Below are positions 1 to 22,400 of a stretch of 64,000 nt of DNA, in pieces. The position numbers and the translations under genes are program-made. Below the pieces are notes generated by a model. It did not search any database, was not told the origin of the DNA, and was given only the letters and a program-made list of their open reading frames with translations. Position 1 is the first letter of the stretch. Every line of letters starts with the position of its first letter. This DNA is from Podarcis melisellensis (Eukaryota): assembly GCA_964234715.1 (NCBI GenBank), contig OZ174279.1; one strand, given 5' to 3'.

Positions 1-162
1 AGGCATTCTTTATGGCAAGGGGATGGGAGGAAGAACACCAAAGTCTTAGCAGTAATAAAGAAAATTGCTTTTAAGACATGGTTGGTCTTAGGGGGAAAAA
101 CATGTGCCATTGAATGAATAACTAGCACTGTACCTTTTGAGCATTTTAAAGGGCAGATTTTA

Positions 163-11237
<11,075 letters not shown>

Positions 11238-13770
11238 TCAGCACTTGCTGTCTGGAGTACTGTAGAACCCTGGCAAAACACACAATATGCAACACATAGC
11301 ATTATACTTAAAGAAAAGCAAATTATAAGGATGTATTTTTTCCACAGTAAGAAAACTACAGCTCTCACATTAAAAACCCGAGTTCCATAAGAAAGCTCAC
11401 ATATGACTGCACAAGACTGGAAAACTAAATAGAAAGCAGACCGATGCGCACAGTTATGAAGACATTTTTTACAAAGGTCATGTAGACTTTATTTATGAAA
11501 AGGAACATTACCGTGAAGTTTGCATGAGCAACATGTGATCCAAAAGTTAAATGTAACTGCAGACCATTTGCGTATTTTAGTACCTCATACAGCAATAGGA
11601 ATGGAGAGTAGTCCTCAACCTGGACTATCTTTGCATTAAGGCAGAATGCTGCTAGATAAACCCAAGAAAAACATTCCAGATGTGCTCAGTGATATCATCA
11701 CACATACAATTGGTTGAACGGCCACAGTGCTACAAAGTGCTCACTGTATGCTTGCAATTTTAGTTTGCTTTCAACCTAGGGGTTCAGTTCACTTGCAAAA
11801 TACTATGTCCAAGAAGGCCTAAGGCACAGGGAACTGTGAAGTCTTTCAGATATTGAAACAAAGGCTGCAGCCATTTCACTATCTTCTAGATGTGCAATCT
11901 TATAACATAGAGGCTATTCTTTCTATCCACTCCTTGCTCACACCTGTCTCGGGAAAATCTAATCAGCAGTGATAGTACAAGCTAGCCCCTATACCCACCA
12001 GCAGGAGACAGGTATATACTGGGGCAAAAAGAGTAGGAGAAAGCTCCCAGTGTCATAAATACTTTGGAGGAAGAAGGCAGTATGCCAATCACCTCTCCTA
12101 TGCTAGTTATTAGCCTGGTAGAGTCAAGAGGGTGAGTCTTCCTTTCTTGGACATTCCCATATGCAGGTCTACTGCTGCCACCCTTTCTTAGGAATTAGTG
12201 CAATTTGCCCATTATCACTGAAATACAAATAACCACCAGGGAGATCAAAGATCCCTCTAACAAAACACAGATTACAGATAGAAATGAGACCTTCAGCCTT
12301 AGATTTTGAACTTTCTTGCATATTACTATCTTAAATTCAAATTAAAAACTGAACAGGACAATTTTCTCTGTTGAGTGTAGGCCTCAGTCTTCTTTACATA
12401 AAGAGAATGTTGAGACCAATGCCCTTGTATTGGTTTGGGGCTGAAAAGTGTTAGTTGTAAATGGAAGGTTATACAATGGCTATGAAAGAGGAGGGAGAAT
12501 TCTACAATTGTGGCTGCACCTGTGTCAATGGCCTAGTTAGCATGCTGGCCAGAACTGCAACACAAACCTAGGCGCATTTACTCAGAAGTCAATCCAAAGC
12601 ATGCACAGAATGTATGATATTTGCAAGGGATTTTATAAGAAAATTATTATTCCATATGTGCAAATGGCCAGAAAGCAAATGTAGATGAAACTGGCAGGTG
12701 CATTTCAGATGCTAACATTTTGTAAATACCAGCAAAGAGAAAGAAACAATTTAACAATGAATCACCTATTCAGTTCTTTTTTTATCCAACAATTAACTCG
12801 CCATCCTATCCCCACCTGACTACAGTCACCTCAGCATATGGAAAAAGGGTTTTATAGGCAGCGATTTCTTGTAACATTACATCAAATAATTTTATTGCTT
12901 TGCTAATTATTGGGTTGAACACCCTATTTCATCTCAGTTTGAGCTCTGTTACTGAAACAGGGCTGCAAAATATATAGGATATTATCTAACCTTGGCATCA
13001 CTTTGGAACTGGGTGGCAATTGTAAAAAACACACCAAGCTTAGGGGTTGGGGCGGGGTGCAGAAAGAATACAGTAACATTGGAGGTTGTAAGGTGGGTAA
13101 AGCTCTCCCCTTTCATATGATTTTTGGTAATACCAGTCACCAGTATTCGCAGCATCATTGTGCCGTAAGTTTCAACATATTGTGCTTGAGATAATACTTA
13201 CTGAAAGCAGAAACCTTGTATTGCCAAGGGGGGAGATGGACAAGTGGAAGGGGAAGCTATTTTATATCTGGAATGAATTTTCTTTTCTCACGGCCCATTC
13301 CTGTTCCCCAATTCTGAAAAAAAAAAATTCAGGAAAAAAGGGCTATAAAATAATATCTAGGCAAAATTAAACACTGAATTAAGACTGAATCAAAATTAAA
13401 CACTGAATCAGCTACTACTTGCACTACCTCACTACTACTACGACTTGCACTACCTAAATGCACTACCACATTGCTAGTGAAATAGATGGAAAGAGGCATA
13501 CTAGGTTAACACAGTGTACAAGACACAAAGTAAATGTGGGCTTTTCTATCTTTTCTGTTCTTGACCCAAAGTCCATCTTACTCCTACTATGACATGCACT
13601 CAGAGAAACTACTGCTATGAAACCATTGAAAGACAATGTTATTGTATTTCCTTATGGGGTGGGGGAACTTTTGTACAGATAGTGTACAAAAGATAGTGAA
13701 AGAAGCAAAATGAAAGAGCTAATACAGGAAGAAATACCCTAGAACTATTAGGTGCAGGGTGCTTGGGCCT

Positions 13771-14120
13771 TATTTATTAAAATATTTATATACTGCCTTT
13801 GGCAGAGGCATCTCAAGGAGATATACAACAATATAAAATATTATACAAATGCAATCAAAATCATTAAAATACTTTCAGACAGACAATAAGAATATCCTTA
13901 TAGAATCTTATAATGGCTGGCATCAGTAGCTAGCAAATGTCATGATAAGCAAAGTTTTCAGCACGTGCCAGAACTGCTTTACTGTTGGCATGTGCCTTAT
14001 TTTGGGGTGGGGGTGATGGGGAGAGACCATTTCATAGCGTGTGGCACTACAGAAAACATACACTTCCAAATGGATGCATGTTGGCATAACCAGGAGAACC
14101 TCTACAGATGATCCTCACCA
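13771..14120 (-). mobile_element. Degenerate L2-type LINE 3' fragment
   Basis: tatttatt tail followed by atactgccttt...; layout like the 61497-61870 copy. Confidence 0.4.
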
Positions 14121-14819
14121 GACATGTACTGTCATCTTAGCTCACTTAGTTTAAGACCACACTGACACTGGGATAGAATACACCAGCATGGCTAATTATC
14201 TCCTCTAGCACATCAGCCACACTTGCAGAGAAGATAAAACAGGGGTAGTCTGCTCTGGTGAAGCTGAATAAAATGTTGAAGCCATCTCCAAGTATGAGAT
14301 CCAACTCTTTCACTATTTTAACTCAGACATATACAAAGCTGATGGCACTGATAGCGTTAGAAGGCAGATTACATAGATAAAATGATTAGCAACAGGAAGA
14401 CACAGCAAAGGGTAGACACACTTATTGGAGTAGTCGATGGGGACAAAACCAGCAGTTGAATGTCTTACGGAAATAGTTTCAGAAAACCATCAGAGCAAGC
14501 ATATATATTCCAAAATGCACTTTACATCCTAATAATTTACTTCCTAATTCCAATGAACTTTATTTCCTAATTAAGACCACAATCCTACGCTCCCTTATCT
14601 GGAAGCAAAAACCCAGCTGGACACAACAGGATGGTACAAATACACAGGACCTTATGGCAAAAGACTACAGCCTGCAATCCTAAAAGACACGCTAGGCACC
14701 AAGTCCCACTGAACTGAAACGGAGCTTATAGCTGAGTAAACCTGTTTAGGAGCGAAGAGACGACCTACGTGACTGTACTGAATGCAAGAGGAGGACGTGA
14801 CTAGCCCTGTTCCATAAGC

Positions 14820-16110
14820 ATTTCCGCCGCCGTAACAAGGTATTATGTCTCATTTATCCTCACAACAGATGTACAAGGATAGCCGGGCTTGCCCAAGGCT
14901 ACCCAGGCGGGTGAACCGAGAATTTGAACCGGGTCCAAAGCCCCGGTCTGTAGCCGCTGCACCACGCCGGGAGTCGGCGAATAAGTAGCTTGAAGGACCC
15001 CGTGCACGAGCGTGGGGAAAGCAACAAAGCGGGGGGGGGGGGGAGGCTGCCGAGCAGGACGTGAGGAAGAGGAAGATGCGGGAGGGGGGGGGAGAGATAA
15101 GAGGGACGCCCCAGAGTCGAGACCTGAAGAGAGAAGGAGCGAGAGCGGCGCAAAGGAGGATGAAGCCCGGGGGGGGGTGAGGGGAATGTGAGGTGAGCCC
15201 GCAAGGGGGGGGGTAATATATGAGCAGCCCCCCCCCCCGCGGCGAGGACGTGAGAGCCCCCACCTTCTCTCTCCCCGGAGCGGAGACGGCTCCCTTCCCC
15301 AGTTCGCTGTTTCAGCCCAACCAACGCCGCCGCCACCAGCGCTGCCGCCGCCGCCGCTCCTGCTCTTGCCTCCCCGCCGCCGCCACCAGCGCCGCCGCCA
15401 CCACCTCGACTGCCCCGCGCTTCATGGAGCCATGGGCCGAGGCGGGCGAGAGCCGGAGAAGTGGACCCAGCGGGGCAGGGGAGGACGAGGCGGCCCGGGG
15501 GCGGGGGGAGGGGAAGGGGGGGAAACCGCACAGCGAAATCGGAAGAGGAATCCCGGGCTCGCCGCCGGCTACACAGAGAGAGCTGAAGCAAGGCGGCACA
15601 GAGCGCAGGTCCTCCACTATCCCGGCGGCCCCTTCGCCGAGTGTGAGGTAATGGGGGAGGAATGTGCACGCCGATCCGCCAGCCTCCCGTCCGGCCCCGC
15701 GAGGACCATAGACGCAGCGGGGAGCGCCTCCTACAAAGAAACCATAGATCCTCGGGAGCAGAGGGACTTCCGCCCGCCGACGCCTGATCCGTTGGAGGGG
15801 GGGGGAAGGGTCATGTGAGACCGTGAAGGCGCGAAAGAGACCAATGGAAATAGAAGCCGCCTCTCTTTCCTCCCTGCCCCCGTCTTCTGAGGGAGGGGGG
15901 GGGGGAAAGGTCTGAATAGGTCACGTGACTCAACGTGCCGCCTGCCCCCCCCCCAAATCGGGTTATTTAGACGGAGAAGGAAGCTCGAGGCAGAGGGAGC
16001 GCTATCATTCGCTTCAGAAACGCGATGTCTTTCTCCATGGGTTAGAAATGTCGCCTGAGTTCTGTTGTTTATAGCGGGGGTTCCGTGTACTTCTGACGCC
16101 CAAACGCCTT
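14820..16110 (-). promoter_or_regulatory. CpG island / promoter and probable non-coding exon 1 of AMMECR1L (candidate donor at 15264)
   Basis: Very GC- and CpG-rich with GCC-repeat runs and G-tracts; CCAAT at 15841; GTCACGTGAC at 15920-15929; minus-strand donor GAAG|gtgggg at 15264. Confidence 0.8.
14849..14970 (-). mobile_element. MIR/CORE-like SINE at the CpG-island edge
   Basis: ctcatttatcctcacaac core; on the minus strand a tRNA-like head with A box (tggtgcagcgg) and B box (ggttcaaattc). Confidence 0.6.
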
Positions 16111-16440
16111 GAGTCAGGAGGAGGTTCAGTTGAGGTCAAGGGGAATTGGTCTCCAGCAATTGTGCTTACAACTGCAGCCTGAATAAGGCACTCCAGTGCG
16201 GTGCATGTGGTTGTCTGCTGCAGGCAGAAATATCTCCACACACACAAAGATATTTTTAGCAGCTTAAAGGCCAAAGGATTTATCGATTGATTTACTGTAT
16301 TTGTAAACAAACAGCCAAGGCAGCTCACACTAAGAATTAAAAGAATCATAGAAATGTAGGGTTGGAAGGGATCCCGAGGGTCATCTAGTTCACTCCCTGC
16401 AATGCATGAATCTCAACTAGATCATACATGACAGATGGCT

Positions 16441-16672
16441 AGGTAAAGGACCATTAGGTCCAGTCACTGATGACTCTGGGGTTGCAGCGCTCATCTCACT
16501 CTATAGGCCAAGGGAGCGGACGTTTGTCCGGGCCATGTGGCCAGCATGACTAAGCCGCTTCTGGTGAACCAGAGCAGCGCATGGAATCGCCGATTACCTT
16601 CCTACCAGAGCAGTACCTATTTATCTATTTGCACTTGACATGCTTTCGAACTGCTAGGTTGGAAGGAGCTGC
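16441..16672 (-). mobile_element. Sauria SINE, 5'-truncated
   Basis: Reverse complement of the 57481-57841 element body; adjoins a CR1-type terminus at 16347-16440. Confidence 0.85.
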
Positions 16673-17009
16673 AGGCCTTACGCACTTGCATTTTGGTAGT
16701 AATCATCCTGAACTCTGGGGATACTTAACTTGGTTACCACCCCACACTGCTGATGGAATATGTCTGTTAGAAAGAAATGCAAGTAATTGCAAAACCTGTT
16801 ATTAAAATCTGGATAATGTGGGCATGGGGGGAGAAAGGAAAGCATGCAAGGGCTGCACAAGTCAAGTGGATTGTCTCTAAATGAATTACCTATGTGGTCC
16901 CAAGTAACAGCAGCATGAAGTTTGCAACCCTATGCAACTCACTCTTGTCAATCATGTCTGTTCCTTCCACAGTGAGGTGTGGCAGCCCAGCACTATCCTT
17001 GCCCTTGGA

Positions 17010-17575
17010 TAGCCTTCTATGCATGACAATATAGAGAATAGCACGGGCCATCACAACTTTGGATACCTTCTCAGGAGAGTGGGTCACATTGCCCTACCAT
17101 GTGATGCAGGCCATGGAATCACATCTTCAGTGTCCCCAATGACTATTTGAATAAAGGGCTTCACTGAGTACCCATGGGTATTCAGCTGTGTGCCTGGGGA
17201 AGTAAAAGGGTTATCAATGGCCTCTCCTGTCTGGATGTTGCTATGTGTTAATCCATCTCACACATCTACCCAAAAGCCCCCTGTGGTCCTCCAGCAGATG
17301 TAGCTGGTTAGAAACTAAGAATCTAGAAGTTAGGAACATTTTCTGGCATTGTGGCATTCCTGAGATGGACACTGGGTATTGCATATCACCATCATGTAGA
17401 TTGCGTAGACAGAAGCTAACAGTTTCATAGAACACATATCTAATTTTGCACGCTCTACCTCACAGAAGCCTGGCAGTGCAGCCTCATGGGACACAGGGTG
17501 GACTGACTACCCATGCCACATTCCATTGGAAATGCCCTATTACTGGGTAATGCAAGCCCAGGAGGACATTCTTGA
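17010..17575 (-). pseudogene. Decayed PIF/Harbinger (HARBI1-like DDE) transposase fragment
   Basis: Colinear, frameshifted motifs on minus strand: VLLGLHYPVIGHFQ, GMGSQST, KIRYVFYETVSF, AIYMMVICNTQ, GLLG, SLGTLKM*FHGLH, HSPEKVSKVVMARAILY. Confidence 0.7.
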
Positions 17576-18595
17576 TACCATTAGTATGGAGCAGACCCGA
17601 TAGGTTGGAAATGGACATGGTGGTGACATGTTAAGAGAAGCAGAGAAAGGAGTTGGCAGCGCCTAAGAGGCTGACCAGCTGGCCCAGCTGCAGATCCCCT
17701 CCCCCAAAGTCATCGAACCCTGGAGGTGGCTTTGCTCAGCACTCCTGGAAAGGTGTAAAAAGGTGTGCTTGGCAATGCTCCAGTGCAATGAGCTTGTGAA
17801 CCATCCCTGGTATAAGTTGCCTTTCTTTATACAGGCATGCTACTCCTCCAAGGTCCATCAACTGTTGCGGCTACTCTCCCACTGACTGCCTAGCCAGGCC
17901 CCTTCCCCCAGATTTTGGAGCACCACTGTCCTGATCTCCAGAAACATCCCCTTGCCCCCGCTGCTACTATTTGGATATGGGCTTCAAGGGAAATTGAAGA
18001 ATTTGAGGAGCTTGTAGTCAAGGGGCAATCTACACTTGAGTGAACCTCCCCCTGGCCTGCCTTATCTTTGCACTAGCAGGCTTGCTCTGACCCACTGGCT
18101 TTTGCTAATGGTAGCTCATCTCATTCTGCCTTAGTATGGGTGGGTGCTCTATTGGGTGCCTGGCCAGCAGTGTGCATGGTAGGTGATATTGTACCTGCTC
18201 GGAGCTGCATCTAGACTGGGTGCTCCAAGTGGGACTGCTATGGATGTGTGTGCCTTTGCACTCCTCCCACTGCAGTTGTTTTCTTTTGGCTGGTAGTGGC
18301 CCCTTCCACTGAATGGAATTTGTACGTGCTGGATTTTGCCATTGTTATATCCTATATGGATATATGGTACTAAGAGAACTGATAGCAGCTTATTACAGAA
18401 ATAGCAAATGTGGATGAAAATATGTTTAACCTAGATTGCTAAAAGTGTAATTGTTGTCCATATTACCAATCTGTTCTTTTTAAATGTCCTGAACAAAAGC
18501 AGCTACTTCCCTATAGTTCTTATCTGGCTTTTCTTTGCTGGGATCTGTAGCACAGAATTAGATGCACCTGTTATTATACAAAATCCTCCAAATCC

Positions 18596-18601
18596 TTTAT
18601 T
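18596..18601 (-). terminator. Probable SAP130 polyadenylation signal AATAAA (3' UTR about 0.72 kb)
   Basis: tttatt on + strand, about 0.72 kb downstream of the stop codon. Confidence 0.6.
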
Positions 18602-19314
18602 CATGTTTCCAGGATGTCATATAGCACAAATTGTATGTAACACAATGAAGAGCATCACACCAGCTACAGGAAGTACTGTGCTGTATGAGAGTACTTTGAA
18701 AACAATATCCCAGAGCACCAACATGGGCACACGCACACACTCCACAACACTACAAATCACTTTGAAATGTATTTTTTAAAAAATAGACAGCTAGAGACTT
18801 CAGAACCACTTAAGATTCTAAATGTAGCAGAACCACCAGTGCAAGTGGCACTGGGTTTATGAAGGCTGCTCTAGCCACTGCAAGATCTTAAGGAGCAAAA
18901 AACTGAGTTGGCTACGTGGAAGTAGTGTCATCTTCAAACAGTTTCAAGACAGATGGTTCTTGAGGTCTGCTGCAGAATCCATTGTACAAACCTGTGAAGT
19001 TATCTCTAAAACTGTAGGATGGAAGGGCGAGGACTGTCTATCACGTTTGCATCAATGGTTCCAATTAATAGGCACTGGCACATCAAGAGGGCTAAACAAA
19101 ATGTGACTGTGAAGAGTTTAAACAGGGACAAGCCTGAGAAAAATCTTTGTTTCTTTGATAGATCAATAATCATCCCTTAAGGTCATTGGGCTCCAACGTA
19201 TCCATCCATCGTCCTTCTTACTCAGATGTAGCTCTCTAAAACAAACCCCCAATTAAAAGAGCCTTAACACTGTTCTGTACAACCTTTGTTTCCAGAGTCT
19301 TTATACCTCTGGCT

Positions 19315-19473
19315 CTAGACTTTTTCTTTTCTCTTCAATTTGGATACTTTCTTGACAGTTCCATTCTTATTGAGAAGCTTCAGAACACGCTCTTTGTGAT
19401 CCAAGACCTTTAGCATGGATTCTCGAGCTTCATTTATTTGATCCATTACGAGCTTACATCTCTGCATATTCCC
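19315..19473 (-). CDS. SAP130: SAP130 terminal coding exon
   Basis: GNMQRCKLVMDQINEARESMLKVLDHKERVLKLLNKNGTVKKVSKLKRKEKV then TAG. Confidence 0.96.
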   Translation of the reverse strand, partial: GNMQRCKLVMDQINEARESMLKVLDHKERVLKLLNKNGTVKKVSKLKRKEKV

Positions 19474-22400
19474 CTGAAACACAACACAGGACTGATATTA
19501 AACAGCTGAATGCCTCACAGGCACACAAGTAATCTTTAAACAACCACATTGAAATGTCAGAGAGTACATGACCTAAAGAATTTTAAAACAAACAGCCGTT
19601 TAGGAACAGATGAACAAGTATGTTTCCACTTTCTGCTAATAATAATCTGGGAAATTAGACTCTCTACATCAAATGTATTATGTAAGACATTTGCATTTCA
19701 AGACACATAGTAATAATGGTGGACTTTCAAGGCGAAAGCAACCTCATTTGGACGCAATGCTAAACTTAGTGCTGCTTGGATGAAGCTTGTGCGCTCTCCC
19801 ACTCCCCTTTCCACTTCTTGCATATCGGCAAGGAGGAGAGTCATGTCCAAACCTGGATCAACAGTTATTTTTAATTATGGTTTAGGGAAACAAGCCAATT
19901 TCAAACCATGGTTGATTAAGTTGGCTTGTTTCCCTAACCATAATTAATATTAATCATAATTTAGAATTTGAATGGAATAATAAACTGCAGTTAATTAAAA
20001 ATGGGTATCTTCCTTATGGCTGCCACAAAGAGGATGGAGGTTTCTGTGACTAATGGACTAGTTCTTCTTTTCTCTGTCTCCCCCCACGTGTCTGTGTCCC
20101 CTCACTTTTAGAAATTATATATTATGCTCAGGCTATGAATGATACATGGGACCATGGAACCTGTCAATATCTATTTATTCATTTTTAAAAATAACCATAT
20201 GTGTGGTTGTTTTTAATATTTTGAGTGGCTATACTAAAATACTGTGTGGTTTGTTTAGTCTGCTTCATTTTCTACTTCCCTCTTTTAACAGTTCTTTGTT
20301 TCACATTTAAAAAACATGTCCCACCATTTAAATTAAGAAAAAATATCAACTGCAAATCACCAGACTGAAGGAGTGAACAATAAGCCTTTACCTGTATCAG
20401 TTCATTTATTCGATGCAAATCATCATCAGTTGCTGCCTTTTTCTTGGGAATGATCCCTTCTTGCAGGGAGGTGAGTCGTTCATACACATCGTGCTCCAGG
20501 TTGGTCTATAAAATATTAGAATTTGGCAAGAATACCTAACATTTTCTCACTGTTTCATATAAGCTATAAAAATTCCATCTGCTCATATAACTGCTTTCAA
20601 AAGATTCACTACTATTATTCACTGCTGACAGAACAGTGCTCCTCTTCTTAAGGTTACAATGTCATCTTTATTGCAACTGCAGTAGGATGCTCTCTGAAAT
20701 ATGCTTCAAAATGAAGCAGGGCTGTCCCACTTCAGAATGAGGAAATAGGGAAACAGTAACTCCCTATTATATACAAGTAACCGTCATCCAATGCCTGAGA
20801 AAGATATCCTTTGAGGTTCTAGTCCTCTTACCATCATCTCTTATACTTAGATCAAAACCTAGTTTCACATGCCATCAGCAGCCCCAGCACTCCTAAATTA
20901 CATACACAATGTAATGTCACATTTCCATAGTACTCCTCATGGCCTTGGGAGCTTGGTGCTAGAATACAAAGCACCTACATCACCTCAACCTGAAACAGAA
21001 GCATCCAGGAATGTGGAACAGTGCTGCCTCCTCCAGTCAGCAGCACAATCCCAGAGGGATTTGCCAGTTTTGAGCATCTGTATAAAATGCATCCGTTCTT
21101 ATGCCTGAATCAAGCCCTCCATTCATACCTGATATACATATACTCAACTGCAACCTACAACATATCCCTCAATCTTGAAGGGAATCCAATTCCAATAGTC
21201 TTGTCAATCTGGTGGTAATTTTTAAAAATAATATAAATGCTATATATATATATATGTATATAGTTTTGTATCACCTTTCAGAAAGCTTCCTGGGCTAAGG
21301 CTTTTTCGTGGAGGAATCTCTTCCTCATTTTATATGAAACTACCCCATTTCCCCCACTTACCAGCTGTAATAGCTGTGCTGCGCAAAGGTGGACCTTCCA
21401 CCCCTGCGCACGGCAGGATACACCTTTCTGATTAGCGATCTCTTGCAGCATAGCCTTCTTCTCTTCTAGAACAAGAGTCAAATATGAGACACAAGCAAAT
21501 AATGAGTTTTTAAAAGGTGAAATGTACCTTATTCCTTGAGCTACAAAAATACTAAGTTTACTGCAGCAGTCATTTGTGTACCTGGTATGTGAAACCTGAC
21601 CGCAGATGTTGGTAGAATGCAGGAACAGGGGTCCAGGGTCAGATGTGCAATAATGCAACAGCCAAATTTTGTGATCTGAACAGGGGTGGAGTGGGGCTTG
21701 CTTTGAATCTTTGTATTCTAGTGTTGGTAAACTTAGTTTGTCTAATAGCCAGGGACTATATATGTAGAAACCCAAAAGTCAAATTCAATAAATACATAAT
21801 GCAAAGTAAGCAAGTCTCCTTGCACCCACTTTTCTTGCATAATTCATTTTGCTAGTCAGACACACAGAGAGCAAGCAACTATACGGGGACTATTTCCTGT
21901 CAGTTGAGGTTCTCGATTACCTTATGTATAACTAAACCTCAGTAACAATAGGAAAACTGATATGTATTAGCACTGCCTCTGCAGTACAAATATTACAGTG
22001 GCTTTAGATGGTGGATATGTTTCTAGGCAATTTGCTGCACATCCTATATCAGAGGTTAAATGTTTGCAAGTAGACACCTGTCTAATATTGTAACACATCT
22101 GTTCACCGACCCATGCAAAATGTAATGACAGGAAGACATACCTTTCACTCTGACATCACTATACCGCTGAAAGTGATGGTAGGCAGCTTTCCATGGGTTG
22201 CGATAGTGGCGAAGCAGTGTTATGGGTGGCCGAGGACGTACAGGCACATACCTCACACCTTCTTCATCTAAAGCAAGATTGAGAAAAATAACTAAAGCCT
22301 CTTTTAAGGTGCTTGCGTTTTGAGCTAGGAAAGAAAATGTGATCCCACGATAGGGCCGGCATACTTTGAATTAGAGATTAATTCAGCTCCAACAGCTCTC

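Noticed and set aside
13360-13470. Short direct repeats (caaaattaaacactgaat x2; cttgcactacct x2)
   Set aside because: Local slippage duplications; no spacer architecture, not CRISPR-like
14850-15818. Long overlapping ORFs (137-256 aa) in the AMMECR1L CpG island
   Set aside because: Low-complexity Pro/Gly/Ala/Arg translations, expected where GC-rich DNA lacks stop codons; no recognisable domain
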